Positions 1-8,937 of a stretch of 32,000 nucleotides of DNA are shown piece by piece (position 1 is the first letter of the stretch; each line of letters starts with the position of its first letter). Below the pieces are notes generated by a model. The model made no database searches, had not been told where the DNA came from, and worked only from the letters and a program-made list of their open reading frames with translations. The translations under genes were made by a program, and so were the position numbers. This DNA comes from Acaryochloris marina MBIC11017 (GTDB lineage Bacteria; Cyanobacteriota; Cyanobacteriia; Thermosynechococcales; Thermosynechococcaceae), in assembly GCF_000018105.1 (NCBI RefSeq), contig NC_009925.1, positions 6,420,001 to 6,452,000 of the forward strand, given 5' to 3'.

Positions 1-1
1 A

Positions 2-1264
2 CCAGAGGACATAAAACAAGGTCCAATAGGAGATTGTTTCTTACTAGCTGTTGCAGGTAGCATTGCACATACAAATCCTGAATTCATCAAGAACATGATG
101 AAAGATAAGGGTGAGACTGTCTCAGTTCGGTTTTACCAGGTCGAAGAGCATAAGGGTGATAAAGATAAAAGGAACTTCACCCCTTTTGAGGTCACTATAA
201 ATAAATCGGTGGTCAAGACAGACTCAGGTGAAGATGCCTACGGGAAAGGTGCACTCTGGACACAGATTTTAGAGAAAGCATATGTAGCTTCAGGGATTGA
301 TCCAACACAGGAGCTGACGAAAAGACGTAGTTCACGCTCATATAATGTTTTTGATGATGGAGGGACAGCCTCGCTTACCTTTCAACTCTTACTGGGTAAA
401 CAAGCTGATTGGGATTACATCTATAGTGGATACGATCGTGCTGATAACAAGATACTTCCTTGGTCTACAGAGGAGCGGAAACTCGGAAAAGAAAAGCGCT
501 ATACAAAGATGGTTTCGTATGGGATTTTCGCCGGAGACACAAAATTGATAGATTTGTGGCTAAAGTACCTCAAGACCACTGATAAAAACGGCGAGGATCC
601 CATTGCTCAACTATTCAATAGTCTTACAGACTTTATTCCACCTCAAGCTGAGGCTATCGTTGTCCCGCACCGGGGCACACCTTACTATGATGATGAGATC
701 CGAATTGAGAGCTTTGAAGGAAAGTTCAAGGATGACAAACTTGATAAGAAAGTAGCTAAGCCTATGATTGCTTGGCTTTATAAATCGGGACATTATCCAG
801 GAGAGCAGGGAAAAGCCCACAAGGTTGTTACTGGCGAGGCACAGTACTCCAAACCTCAGTTAGACTTCTATCAAGAGATCTGTAAAGCCCTCAAATCCAA
901 AAAGCCAGTTGCATTAAAAACTAAAGATGTACCCATTCCCAAAATAGATCAAGATAAAGATGCTCCCAGCACAGGTGAAGTTAAAGGTAAAGGTTACCTT
1001 GGCTCGCACTATTACAGTGTTCTTGACTGCGTTACTGGCGTTACTGATAAAGATGATAAGACAACCACCGTACCCGGCGTGAATCTCCATTGGATAAAGG
1101 TGCGTAACCCCTGGGGAAGCTATGGTGTTGCGTATGATTATGATAAGAAGTTAGGCAAATTGGTGAGTAAAACTGATGAAGTTAATGGGGAGTTCTGGCT
1201 TGAACTGAGTGATGTGACTAAACACTTTAAGTCGATTCATACGACCATAGACGATAGACGTTGA
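2..1264 (+). CDS. Calpain-type (peptidase C2 / CysPc-like) cysteine protease domain protein, 5'-truncated by the window edge
   Basis: Frame 2 is open from nt 2, upstream of the listed ATG at 95. It reads PEDIKQGPIGDCFLLAVAGS, matching the calpain QGxxGDC[WF]LLAA motif (Cys codon 35-37). Further matches: LWTQILEKAYV / DDGGTASLTFQLLLG (calpain FWSALLEKAYA / SGGSTSEGFEDFTGG), His in GSHYYSV (1007-1009), Asn in VRNPWG (1106-1108) and the GEFWLELSD tail. Stop at 1262-1264. Confidence 0.7.
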   Translation, partial: PEDIKQGPIGDCFLLAVAGSIAHTNPEFIKNMMKDKGETVSVRFYQVEEHKGDKDKRNFTPFEVTINKSVVKTDSGEDAYGKGALWTQILEKAYVASGIDPTQELTKRRSSRSYNVFDDGGTASLTFQLLLGKQADWDYIYSGYDRADNKILPWSTEERKLGKEKRYTKMVSYGIFAGDTKLIDLWLKYLKTTDKNGEDPIAQLFNSLTDFIPPQAEAIVVPHRGTPYYDDEIRIESFEGKFKDDKLDKKVAKPMIAWLYKSGHYPGEQGKAHKVVTGEAQYSKPQLDFYQEICKALKSKKPVALKTKDVPIPKIDQDKDAPSTGEVKGKGYLGSHYYSVLDCVTGVTDKDDKTTTVPGVNLHWIKVRNPWGSYGVAYDYDKKLGKLVSKTDEVNGEFWLELSDVTKHFKSIHTTIDDRR

Positions 1265-1636
1265 TAATTGATAAAAGCAAATCCACCAGTGATAAGTCCG
1301 TTAATTGCTTCAGATGTAAAATTTTCGATTTATCTGACACTCTGAGAAAAAGAATAAGCTCTCTTATGTAAATATCGGCTTACCGCCTAGGCCCTGTCTC
1401 TTAACAATACGACCGTTTGCCTTAATCGTGTAAATGAATTCTCAGGAGATTCCTGCATTACTTTAGAAGGGCTTAACGCATTTCTCAGGGAACCTTCAGT
1501 TCCCAGACCTAACTTGGCTAATAAGAGGTTTTCTTAACCTTGATTGCCCTTTAGAGCAATACTGTTGGGAAGAATCTTTCTATGTAGTCACTCGGTTTGG
1601 TTGATGTTAGTGCAAGTTGAAATACCCTCTCTGCGC

Positions 1637-2344
1637 ATGCCCAAAAGTCTGGAGTCTTTAATCCAGCTGATTCGCAAGCAGTCTCAAATAACGCCTCAGA
1701 TTGCCTGTCAATGTGTGCAGGATGCCAATATCCAAGCTGAAGACCTGATACTATGGGCCGATTTTGACCATCCCCTTGCCGATAGTTATGGTCGACATTT
1801 GGTTTATGACGGGGGACATTTTGAAATTATGGTGATGTCCTGGGCTCCTGGGGACTTTAGTGCCTTCCATGATCATGGTTCGGCTCAATGGGGAGCGGTC
1901 CAGTCATTCGGTCAAGCGGAGCATAGTGTTTATCACTTTGAGGATAGTTTACTGACAACGCGGGCCATTATGCCGTTTAATGCTGGGACGATTATTCCGG
2001 TGGACCATGATTTAATCCATCAAATGGGAAATCCTAGCTCCCAACCTTTTCTGAGTTTGCATGTGTATGGCACTGAGTTTCCCCAAGAAGCGATTACTGG
2101 TAGCGCTCGTATCTTTGATTTATTTGCAGGCAAGATTCAATTCACCGATGGGGGCGTCTTTTTTTGCCTCCCAGAGGAACTGATTACCCGGGAAATTGCG
2201 GGTCTAAAAGGGGACCGGCAAACGACCCTACGCCATCACCAACAGATGTTAGCCCGGATCCAGCGGATGGAGGAGCCTCTTTCTGCTCCATTTCAGCGAG
2301 CGGTCCAAGAACTCCGCATTCAGATTCATCAACTCCAGGGCTAG
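1637..2344 (+). CDS. Cysteine dioxygenase type I family cupin (Arg-type)
   Basis: The listed ORF starts at TTG 1544; ATG 1637 (or 1604) is more plausible. It is collinear with bacterial CDO: YGRHLVY (Arg-type substrate motif), FHDHG (two His ligands), LIHQMGNPS (third His), SLHVYG (active-site Tyr). Confidence 0.7.
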   Translation: MPKSLESLIQLIRKQSQITPQIACQCVQDANIQAEDLILWADFDHPLADSYGRHLVYDGGHFEIMVMSWAPGDFSAFHDHGSAQWGAVQSFGQAEHSVYHFEDSLLTTRAIMPFNAGTIIPVDHDLIHQMGNPSSQPFLSLHVYGTEFPQEAITGSARIFDLFAGKIQFTDGGVFFCLPEELITREIAGLKGDRQTTLRHHQQMLARIQRMEEPLSAPFQRAVQELRIQIHQLQG

Positions 2345-2396
2345 TTCTATCCCTGATTTATCCGTTTATCTCCATAGATTGCCAACATCGAACGTT

Positions 2397-3350
2397 ATGT
2401 TCAATCCCAAATTCTTGTTGGTGTTGTCTCGGGCCTTGCGTTCCCTTGGCACACCCTTGATTGCATTTCTACTCCTGAATGCCCCCGACTTAGCTGGGGA
2501 TGTGATGCATCCCGTTTCCTTCTGTAATGTCTTGTTCCTAGGCAATCTTTGTGCAGCCCTTGTGGTTCTTTCTCGATTTGGTTGGAAATCCATTTGGCAA
2601 GATTGGCAACGACTGCACCATCGGGTTCGCCTAGGTCTTGTGATTAATGGCTGCTTAGCAGTGGTTTTGTCGGCATTGATTTTTCTGGCACTGACGGATA
2701 CAACGGTCACCAACACGGTGCTATTAGGCCGTCTGGGGCCTGTGATTTATGCCTTGGCAGGAGCGCTTTTCTTTCGGCAGCGGATCACCAAGCCGGAATG
2801 GGTAGGATTTTCCCTGATTGGTGGAGGTGTAATAGCGTTAGCCCTGCAGCAAAACCAGTTTCAATTTTCCCATGGCGATCTGTTGATCATTGCTTCAGCA
2901 TTTATTTATGCCCTCTCCGCTTTGGTCAGCAAGATATTGCTGTCTAAGTCTTCAAGTCTGCGAGTGGTGGTTTTTACCCGGAACGCATTTGCAGCGGTTG
3001 TGTTCTTTGCGATCGCAATTAAGTTATTTGGTCCGGTACACTTTGTCGACATCTTTTCAGGGCAGCTATGGCTAATTATGCTGATCTATTCCCTGTTCGT
3101 GATTGTGATTTCTCAGTTTGCTTGGTTTGCCGCCCTCAAGCAGCTTGATTCCCAAACTGTAGCGCGGTGGACCATTCTCTCCCCCGTTTTCGGCATAGTG
3201 TATGCCTTTGTGCTCAATGGAGAACGCCCTTCTTATACTCAAGGCGTTGCCTTCTTGATCATTATGACGGGGGTGCTGATTTCCAATGTCAGGAAGAAAC
3301 AGCCCAAAGGTCTCCCAGAGGGTGGAGAAAACAGCTTATCTGCAGCCTAA
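2397..3350 (+). CDS. EamA/DMT-family membrane transporter
   Basis: About 10 hydrophobic helices in two similar halves, typical of EamA-repeat drug/metabolite transporters. ATG at 2397; TTG 2379 is the listed alternative. It starts 53 nt after the cupin stop. Confidence 0.65.
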   Translation: MFNPKFLLVLSRALRSLGTPLIAFLLLNAPDLAGDVMHPVSFCNVLFLGNLCAALVVLSRFGWKSIWQDWQRLHHRVRLGLVINGCLAVVLSALIFLALTDTTVTNTVLLGRLGPVIYALAGALFFRQRITKPEWVGFSLIGGGVIALALQQNQFQFSHGDLLIIASAFIYALSALVSKILLSKSSSLRVVVFTRNAFAAVVFFAIAIKLFGPVHFVDIFSGQLWLIMLIYSLFVIVISQFAWFAALKQLDSQTVARWTILSPVFGIVYAFVLNGERPSYTQGVAFLIIMTGVLISNVRKKQPKGLPEGGENSLSAA

Positions 3351-3368
3351 CTCTATAAGAAAACGACT

Positions 3369-4379
3369 ATGAAACTTCTTTGTATTTGCGATCCATCCCT
3401 CTACACATCCCCGTTACAGGATGTACCGACGACCTACCAATATTTTGCTCAACATCCGCAGATTGAGTTGTTTCATGCCCCTGCAGAATGGGTGAGCGAT
3501 CCGTATCAAGTTCAGGCGGCAGTGGTGCCTCATGCCCTCACCTATGATCAGTTTTTGCGGTTAGATACCTTACCGCGCTCAGCGTATACCTTATCGGAAT
3601 TTGATTTAGTATTTTGCCGTCGTCTTAAGCCCTTTCCCCCTGGATATCTCAATATTTTGGGGCAATGGTCCCAGCAAGTCCGATTTGTAAACGACCCTAT
3701 CAGTAAACTGGAGCAAATTCAGCCTGACTTTTTGGCTAAGGTCGCTGGTCCCTATATCCCTGAGACCTTGATTACCAGTGAGTTGGAGGACGCTTACGGT
3801 TTCCTAGAACAGCATCAAACCATTGTGGCCAAACGGTCTAATAGCTGTGGGGGCAGAGGTGTTTTCAAGATTTGGCGTGAGGCGGGCCATTTTTGGGTGG
3901 ATAACTCATTGACCGGAACTCGCGATTTCTCCTCCTTTGAGCGGGTGATGGGATATTTACTGGGCAATGTCCCTGAACCGCTGCAATTTGTGCGGTACTT
4001 AAATAACGTTTCGGCTGGCGATAAGCGAGTGGTGGTGGTCAATGGTGAAATTTACGGGGCCTACGTGCGACGCTCTCGGACCGGATATTGGGTGAATAAT
4101 GTCAGTGTGGATGGCGACTGTGCCCTGGCAGAGGTGACACTAGAGGAAGAAGCAGCGATTGCGGGGACGGTGGGAGCCTATTGCGATCGCAACCTCCATA
4201 CCTTGGGATACGACTTTTTGCTAGACGATGACGACATCTGGAAAATCAGTGAAATTAATGCTGGCAACATCGGTGGCTTTGCCCGCTTGCAGAATTTAAC
4301 TGGGGAACCGATCTGCGATCGCTTAACGGATTGGATGTTGGCCTATGCGGGTGATCTGAAACCCTCCAAGCGCCGTTGA
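3369..4379 (+). CDS. Glutathione-synthetase-like ATP-grasp ligase (GshB paralogue)
   Basis: Collinear with E. coli GshB: LSEFDLVFCRRLKPFPP, IPETLITS...TIVAKRSNSCGGRGVFKI (KPLDGMGGASIFRV), GDKRVVVVNGEIY (GDKRVLVVDGEPV), ISEINAGNIGGF (TEINVTSPT). It starts 18 nt after the transporter stop. Confidence 0.65.
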   Translation: MKLLCICDPSLYTSPLQDVPTTYQYFAQHPQIELFHAPAEWVSDPYQVQAAVVPHALTYDQFLRLDTLPRSAYTLSEFDLVFCRRLKPFPPGYLNILGQWSQQVRFVNDPISKLEQIQPDFLAKVAGPYIPETLITSELEDAYGFLEQHQTIVAKRSNSCGGRGVFKIWREAGHFWVDNSLTGTRDFSSFERVMGYLLGNVPEPLQFVRYLNNVSAGDKRVVVVNGEIYGAYVRRSRTGYWVNNVSVDGDCALAEVTLEEEAAIAGTVGAYCDRNLHTLGYDFLLDDDDIWKISEINAGNIGGFARLQNLTGEPICDRLTDWMLAYAGDLKPSKRR

Positions 4380-4488
4380 GTTTGTTGGGATCTGTGAGTG
4401 TCCGTTCAATAAATCTAGCGGGGTTATCGAAGGTAAAACGAGTTCTTGTAGCTTTAGTTTAGGTCACATCGTGGGTCCCGTGTATTGA

Positions 4489-5313
4489 TTAAGAGTGATT
4501 TGGAATCAAAGCAATCTGATCTTTAAGGAGTCCCTTAAGTTCTCCATAGGGAATTACCACTTCCGTTGGACCCATGACATAGGGACTAACTTCGTAGGTG
4601 TTAAAAAAGAAGATCAGCCCCCCTGGAGCCAGAGCAAAATTGGTATTCACCTTAAACTGGTCATTCTCAAACCAAAACCCAACTTCATTCAAACTCGTGT
4701 TGGTCTCTAGTTCCCTGGCTTGGCGAAAATGCTTTTCCGCAATCCTATTCAGCTTTGGGGCATATCCCTCCACAAATAAATCCGCCAGCTGAATTTGTTT
4801 GCCTGTTTTGGGATTATAGTTCCAATAGGTGCGACTGGAATTGGGATGAGCCCCACCGGTATACCAGTAATGGGAATATTGAAGACTCAATAAATTGGAA
4901 CGATTTTGTAGGACTTCTACAGTTTTCTCATCTGCCCAGACCCCTTGGTGAGGGAAGTCTTGCTTTGAATTCTCGTAGCCTTTAAGGAACTTAACCATTG
5001 CTTCTTCAATGGTTTGAGGATCGTTCTCTAGTGAGGCTGATTGCAGCAAGAACTGCTTGATATTCCTGTTGATGGAATCGATGGCATCTGATGAGTGTAT
5101 CGCTTCAAAATGGGGATAGCTTACTTTGATCTGGGTACAGGGTGTTTTGGGTAAATGGGCACAACGACCATCCATTTTGACCCGTTCATTAACTGTAAAA
5201 GGAATTGCATCACCTCCCTGAGGTGACGCTGGATTGGCAATTCCGTGACTGGCGTAGAGCACCGTCACTAATCCTAAGACTCCAATGGTCCAAGCCTTGC
5301 GGGGCTGATTCAT
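4489..5313 (-). CDS. Secreted DUF4163/DUF3298-type protein (RsiV/PdaC C-terminal-like fold)
   Basis: N-terminal signal peptide (WTIGVLGLVTVLYASHGIA). The characteristic YWYTGGAHPNS...NYNPKTGKQIQLADLF motif of DUF3298 is present. Confidence 0.6.
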   Translation of the reverse strand: MNQPRKAWTIGVLGLVTVLYASHGIANPASPQGGDAIPFTVNERVKMDGRCAHLPKTPCTQIKVSYPHFEAIHSSDAIDSINRNIKQFLLQSASLENDPQTIEEAMVKFLKGYENSKQDFPHQGVWADEKTVEVLQNRSNLLSLQYSHYWYTGGAHPNSSRTYWNYNPKTGKQIQLADLFVEGYAPKLNRIAEKHFRQARELETNTSLNEVGFWFENDQFKVNTNFALAPGGLIFFFNTYEVSPYVMGPTEVVIPYGELKGLLKDQIALIPNHS

Positions 5314-5417
5314 CCCTCAATTTCCTCAAGTCACCTGTCATGCCACATTAGCTCAGCTCATGAATAGGCGACTGTGACTCAGGTCAGGATATCTGAAGAA
5401 CTCAAGCTTGAATCCGG

Positions 5418-6185
5418 TTACTCCGATAAGATTCGCTTTTGAAAGTCTAAGGCTTTTTGGGAATCAGGAATCTGTTGGGCCAAGGCATTGACGAAATCCA
5501 TCAGCCGTAAATTTGGGTTTTGAGTGAGGGTGCGATCGCAAATCAAGGATGCAATGGGACCAATGATTTCCGCCAACTCTTTTTGACAATAGGCAATTTC
5601 AAATTCATCTAAATGGATGGGCAGCGTGGGTGCTGATGAAATGGATGGAACATAAGAGGAGGATTGTGCCCCATTTGAAGTTGGATGAGGAGGGTTGGTA
5701 TGGCTTGCTGCAAGGCTGGAGGCAGATGCTCCATTGGTTGCGGGCGACATAAGGGTGCCAACCGAGGCCTGATTAATTAACTCCGTTGGTCGGTAGCTTA
5801 ATTGCACAACCGTTGCATCGTGGTCAGGGGCTCTGAGGGATGTCCTTAGCCTGTCTAAATAATGGTGAATGTAATGCAATAAATAGCCAGAAGGAACATC
5901 TTGGGATCGAATGAGTAAAAAAATGTCTTGAAGACATTGGGTTAAAATTAAGTACCCTTCAAGGGCTTGAATCGTTACCCAATCCACCGCATTCCAGTGG
6001 CATTGCTCACTTACACATCCTGCTAACTGCAGCATGGAGCCTGCCATAATGCTAGTTGAGGTTTCAGAGAGGCCAATAGGATGGGTTAGGAGCTGCCCTT
6101 GCGGAGAAACCATCACTGCACCTTGAATCTCAGTGGAGGCAGAAACAAAGTCGTTCAGTAATGTCTCAATCGTTACCTTATTCAT
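5418..6185 (-). CDS. Roadblock/LC7 (MglB-like) domain protein with a Ser/Pro/Ala-rich linker and a C-terminal helical domain
   Basis: The N-terminal ~110 aa (IQGAVMVSPQGQLLTHP...VDWVTIQALEGYLILTQCLQDIFLLIRSQ) fits the Roadblock/LC7 pattern. A low-complexity linker follows (SPATNGASASSLAASHTNPPHPTSNGAQSSS), then a ~65-aa helical tail. It is divergent from the GTPase gene. Confidence 0.55.
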   Translation of the reverse strand: MNKVTIETLLNDFVSASTEIQGAVMVSPQGQLLTHPIGLSETSTSIMAGSMLQLAGCVSEQCHWNAVDWVTIQALEGYLILTQCLQDIFLLIRSQDVPSGYLLHYIHHYLDRLRTSLRAPDHDATVVQLSYRPTELINQASVGTLMSPATNGASASSLAASHTNPPHPTSNGAQSSSYVPSISSAPTLPIHLDEFEIAYCQKELAEIIGPIASLICDRTLTQNPNLRLMDFVNALAQQIPDSQKALDFQKRILSE

Positions 6186-6690
6186 TCAGTTTTTTTAGGC
6201 CCATTCAAATCAGAATCTAGGACCTATTCCCCCCTTATAGCTATCTACCCCGTTTTTGAAAAATTTGCAAATGATCAGGCAATAATTTTCCATATCCTTC
6301 ATTCTTTAGTGGCCAATAGTAAGCCTGTTAGGTTTACACCGGAAGGGATGTAGAGAGCCTGACACTATCCTATAGTTTTATTTTTTTGTGTTTGAAGTAT
6401 CAATTTTTTCTGATTTAACTTCTTGGCATACCTTGGGTGATGCATCGTCATTTGTTCTTGTTAAGAAGAGGACTAAGTCTAAAAATTGGCATATAAATAG
6501 TACTGAAATATTGATTTTAATTAATCCTAGAATCTTTAACTAACAGAAATGTCAATAGTAATTGATTGGATTGCTGTCGACCCGATTTTTACATTCTTAT
6601 TTGATGCTTTCTAGCCGGATTGAGTAATGATATGCTGCCTCAATGGCGATATAGTAAATCTAAGATCTGAGTGCAGTAGTCTAGGCCGTA

Positions 6691-7173
6691 ATGATTAAGC
6701 ATAAAGTTGTAATGTTAGGAATGTGGGGCGTTGGTAAGACCAGTTTGGTCCAACGTTTTGTCAATAGCATTTATGATGATAGATACCACTCAACTCTTGG
6801 GGTTAAGGTCGATAAAAAAGTAATCTTACTGGGCGGAGAACAGGTCACACTTTTGCTTTGGGATATTGCAGGAGCAGAAGATCAGTTTTCAGTCCCGCTT
6901 CACTATTTACATGGAGCATCAGGGTATTTAATTGTGATCGATGGGACACGAAAAGCTTCCCTTGAATGTGCTCTGGAACTTGTAAGAATCGTTGAAGAAA
7001 ATTTAGGCCAGATTCCTTATGTACCCATCATCAATAAATCTGACTTAACTTGGGAAGTGAGCTTAGATGAAGTGATTTTTCATTTGGGTCAAGGAAGGCG
7101 AGTGTTTGAAAGTAGTGCCAAAACAGGAGATCAGGTTGAAGATGCCTTTCTCGAATTGGCTCGAGCCTTGTAA
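6691..7173 (+). CDS. Ras-superfamily small GTPase (Rab/Rup-like), 160 aa
   Basis: G1 GMWGVGKT (res 10-17), switch I Thr35 (YHSTLGV), G3 WDIAGAE (res 57-63), G4 NKSD (115-118), G5 SAK (142-144). There is no C-terminal lipidation motif. Confidence 0.8.
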   Translation: MIKHKVVMLGMWGVGKTSLVQRFVNSIYDDRYHSTLGVKVDKKVILLGGEQVTLLLWDIAGAEDQFSVPLHYLHGASGYLIVIDGTRKASLECALELVRIVEENLGQIPYVPIINKSDLTWEVSLDEVIFHLGQGRRVFESSAKTGDQVEDAFLELARAL

Positions 7174-7180
7174 AAAATGT

Positions 7181-8407
7181 TTAGAGATCAATAACGGTTT
7201 CTGCCCTAGCTAGCTCAAAATTAAGCCCTGTCTGTTTGCTTTTGCGTTGTAATGTTTCATCCAGCCAATTTCGCTCCGACCAATCACGATTAGGATCATG
7301 ATGACCGATGTAGGTCTGTTTGATCCGACAGCGTGTGGCCATATCCAACACATCTTCAATACAACTATGCCCCCAGTCCAAGCGTGAAACACCATGGGGA
7401 GAGCCAACTCCTAAATCGCCGTCATACTCAATTCTTAAAAATTGACCATCTCGATACAGGATGTCCGCATCCATGCTGTGTTGGCATAATCGTTCTTCAG
7501 CTTCTAGGCTGGCAATTTGTAAGGGATGATCAGACTCTTTACCTCGGCGAAGTTCATGATCTGTACAGAAAATAAAGACTTTACCACCCCGCTCAATTCG
7601 ATAGGCTAAACAGGGGCTGGGGTGAAATACTTCAAAGGGCTGAAGAATTGTTTCCCCCAGGTGGATGGGATGACCTAGATCTTGATACTGATCGACGAAT
7701 TTATCTGGAGTATCAGGAGGCGGATCGGTTTGAAAGTCTCGAATCTCGCAGGAATGGAACTGGGCAGGCATTAATTCATAACTTAAGGGAGTTTGTACCC
7801 CCTTGAGTCGATAATCCACCTGGTGGGAAAAGATCCCTAATATTTGATCGAGGGCTTGAAGATATTGGCGGTTGGCATACACATGTATATGGTTGCGAGG
7901 GTCAAAGCAAACGGCAGCCTGGTCAAATCCTTCTGTATGGTCAAAGTGGGAGTGGCTACCGAAGATGTACAGGTGACGGCCCGTTCCTGATGGATGTTTT
8001 GAGGGGAGTGAGGATTGTGCTTGCTCCTCTGTTCCCCACTTGTGCATGATGTCCTTGGCACAAAGCCGAAATCCAGTTCCGCAATCTAAAACGATATCGT
8101 ATTGATCTGCGGTTTCTATTCGGATACAGGTGGTCCATCCCCCATAAATGCGTGCTTGCGAACGTTCCAAACGGTTTCGATAGGCTGCAAGGGTTGCCTT
8201 GTTGAAGGGGCCACCCAGTAGCTCTTCTATCGTTGTGTTTAAGCGACCATCAGGGCCAGCCCGTTTCTGTAGATCTTCAAATACCTGCTTAAGTAAATCT
8301 TGGTCCGTCAGGGCTTGATATGCTCTTCGTTCTTGGAAAGAAGGATAGATTGATCCACTTCCTTGCACACCATAAAAGTGAATTCTCAGATTTTCAATGT
8401 CGCTCAT
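7181..8407 (-). CDS. Metallo-beta-lactamase-fold hydrolase
   Basis: LDCGTGFR, HxHxDH motif (GSHSHFDHTEG) and C-terminal GHHDPNRD metal-ligand motif. It is convergent with the GTPase gene; 7 nt separate the stop codons. Confidence 0.7.
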   Translation of the reverse strand: MSDIENLRIHFYGVQGSGSIYPSFQERRAYQALTDQDLLKQVFEDLQKRAGPDGRLNTTIEELLGGPFNKATLAAYRNRLERSQARIYGGWTTCIRIETADQYDIVLDCGTGFRLCAKDIMHKWGTEEQAQSSLPSKHPSGTGRHLYIFGSHSHFDHTEGFDQAAVCFDPRNHIHVYANRQYLQALDQILGIFSHQVDYRLKGVQTPLSYELMPAQFHSCEIRDFQTDPPPDTPDKFVDQYQDLGHPIHLGETILQPFEVFHPSPCLAYRIERGGKVFIFCTDHELRRGKESDHPLQIASLEAEERLCQHSMDADILYRDGQFLRIEYDGDLGVGSPHGVSRLDWGHSCIEDVLDMATRCRIKQTYIGHHDPNRDWSERNWLDETLQRKSKQTGLNFELARAETVIDL

Positions 8408-8860
8408 GGCCGTAGTTTACCCAGATGGCGCTGAGGGGTTGGCTGAAAGACTATTCTTATTCTGGAGGATAAAGAAAAAGAATGGTAGAAATTTATACTT
8501 AGCCCTAACTCATACTGAGTAGATGTTTCAGCTCTCAGTCTTTAAGTTAGGACAGGGGTACAAACTTAAACCCTTAATCTATGACCTCTAGGTGAAAAGG
8601 GAGCCAATCAACATCCACAGAATTTACATTAATTGTATTGAAACTTACACAATATTTGGTGATCACGTCTTGAAATTAAGTCTTCTAGAATCTTGGAGAT
8701 GGAGCAATCATGTCTAGAATTTAGGGCTTGATCTGGTTATAAGCTGTTTATGTTATCTGGGGGACTTCCACAATCCAATTGCTTTCTTACAGCATGATGT
8801 GTATTCCAAAGTTAGCCCCATCAAAGGTTATTGGATGACGCAAAACTTCTATTTTTTATG

Positions 8861-8898
8861 AAAAAAAGAGAGCGAGAATAAGTACTTGCTCTCTTTTT
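8861..8898 (-). terminator. Bidirectional intrinsic terminator, most likely terminating hemE
   Basis: AAAAAAAGAGAGC (stem 8867-8873) and GCTCTCTTTTT (stem 8888-8894) form a perfect 7-bp stem with a 14-nt loop. On the minus strand the hairpin is followed by T7, on the plus strand by T5. It lies 53 nt downstream of the hemE stop. Confidence 0.65.
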
Positions 8899-8913
8899 AT
8901 AAATGGTGAATAT

Positions 8914-8937
8914 AAGCTCAAATGCGAGCTTTTTATA
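8914..8937 (+). terminator. Plus-strand-oriented hairpin plus T-tract
   Basis: AAGCTC (8914-8919), loop aaatgc, GAGCTT (8926-8931), followed by TTTTAT on the plus strand. No plus-strand ORF lies upstream. Confidence 0.35.

Noticed and set aside
1265-1636. The 370-nt gap after the calpain-like gene, checked for an immunity-type small ORF or gene remnant
   Set aside because: All plus-strand ATGs hit stops within 10 codons or fewer. Minus-strand frames are broken by stops and match no family I recognise. The only structure is a 6-bp hairpin (GGGAAC-cttca-GTTCCC, 1488-1504) without a T-tract.
5341-5420. tRNA-like fragments (TTAGCTCAGC D-arm-like at 5348-5357; GCTTGAATCCGG T-arm-like at 5406-5417) in the spacer between the DUF3298 and Roadblock genes
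   Set aside because: No acceptor stem, anticodon stem or T-stem can be paired in any register. The T-loop flanks are not complementary. I treat it as chance resemblance.
6186-6690. AT-rich divergent spacer scanned for small ORFs, repeats or RNA genes. A CTAGAATCTT 10-mer is shared with the 8408-8950 spacer.
   Set aside because: The longest ATG ORFs are 18-23 aa with no supporting signal. A single shared 10-mer between two AT-rich 500-nt regions is within chance expectation.
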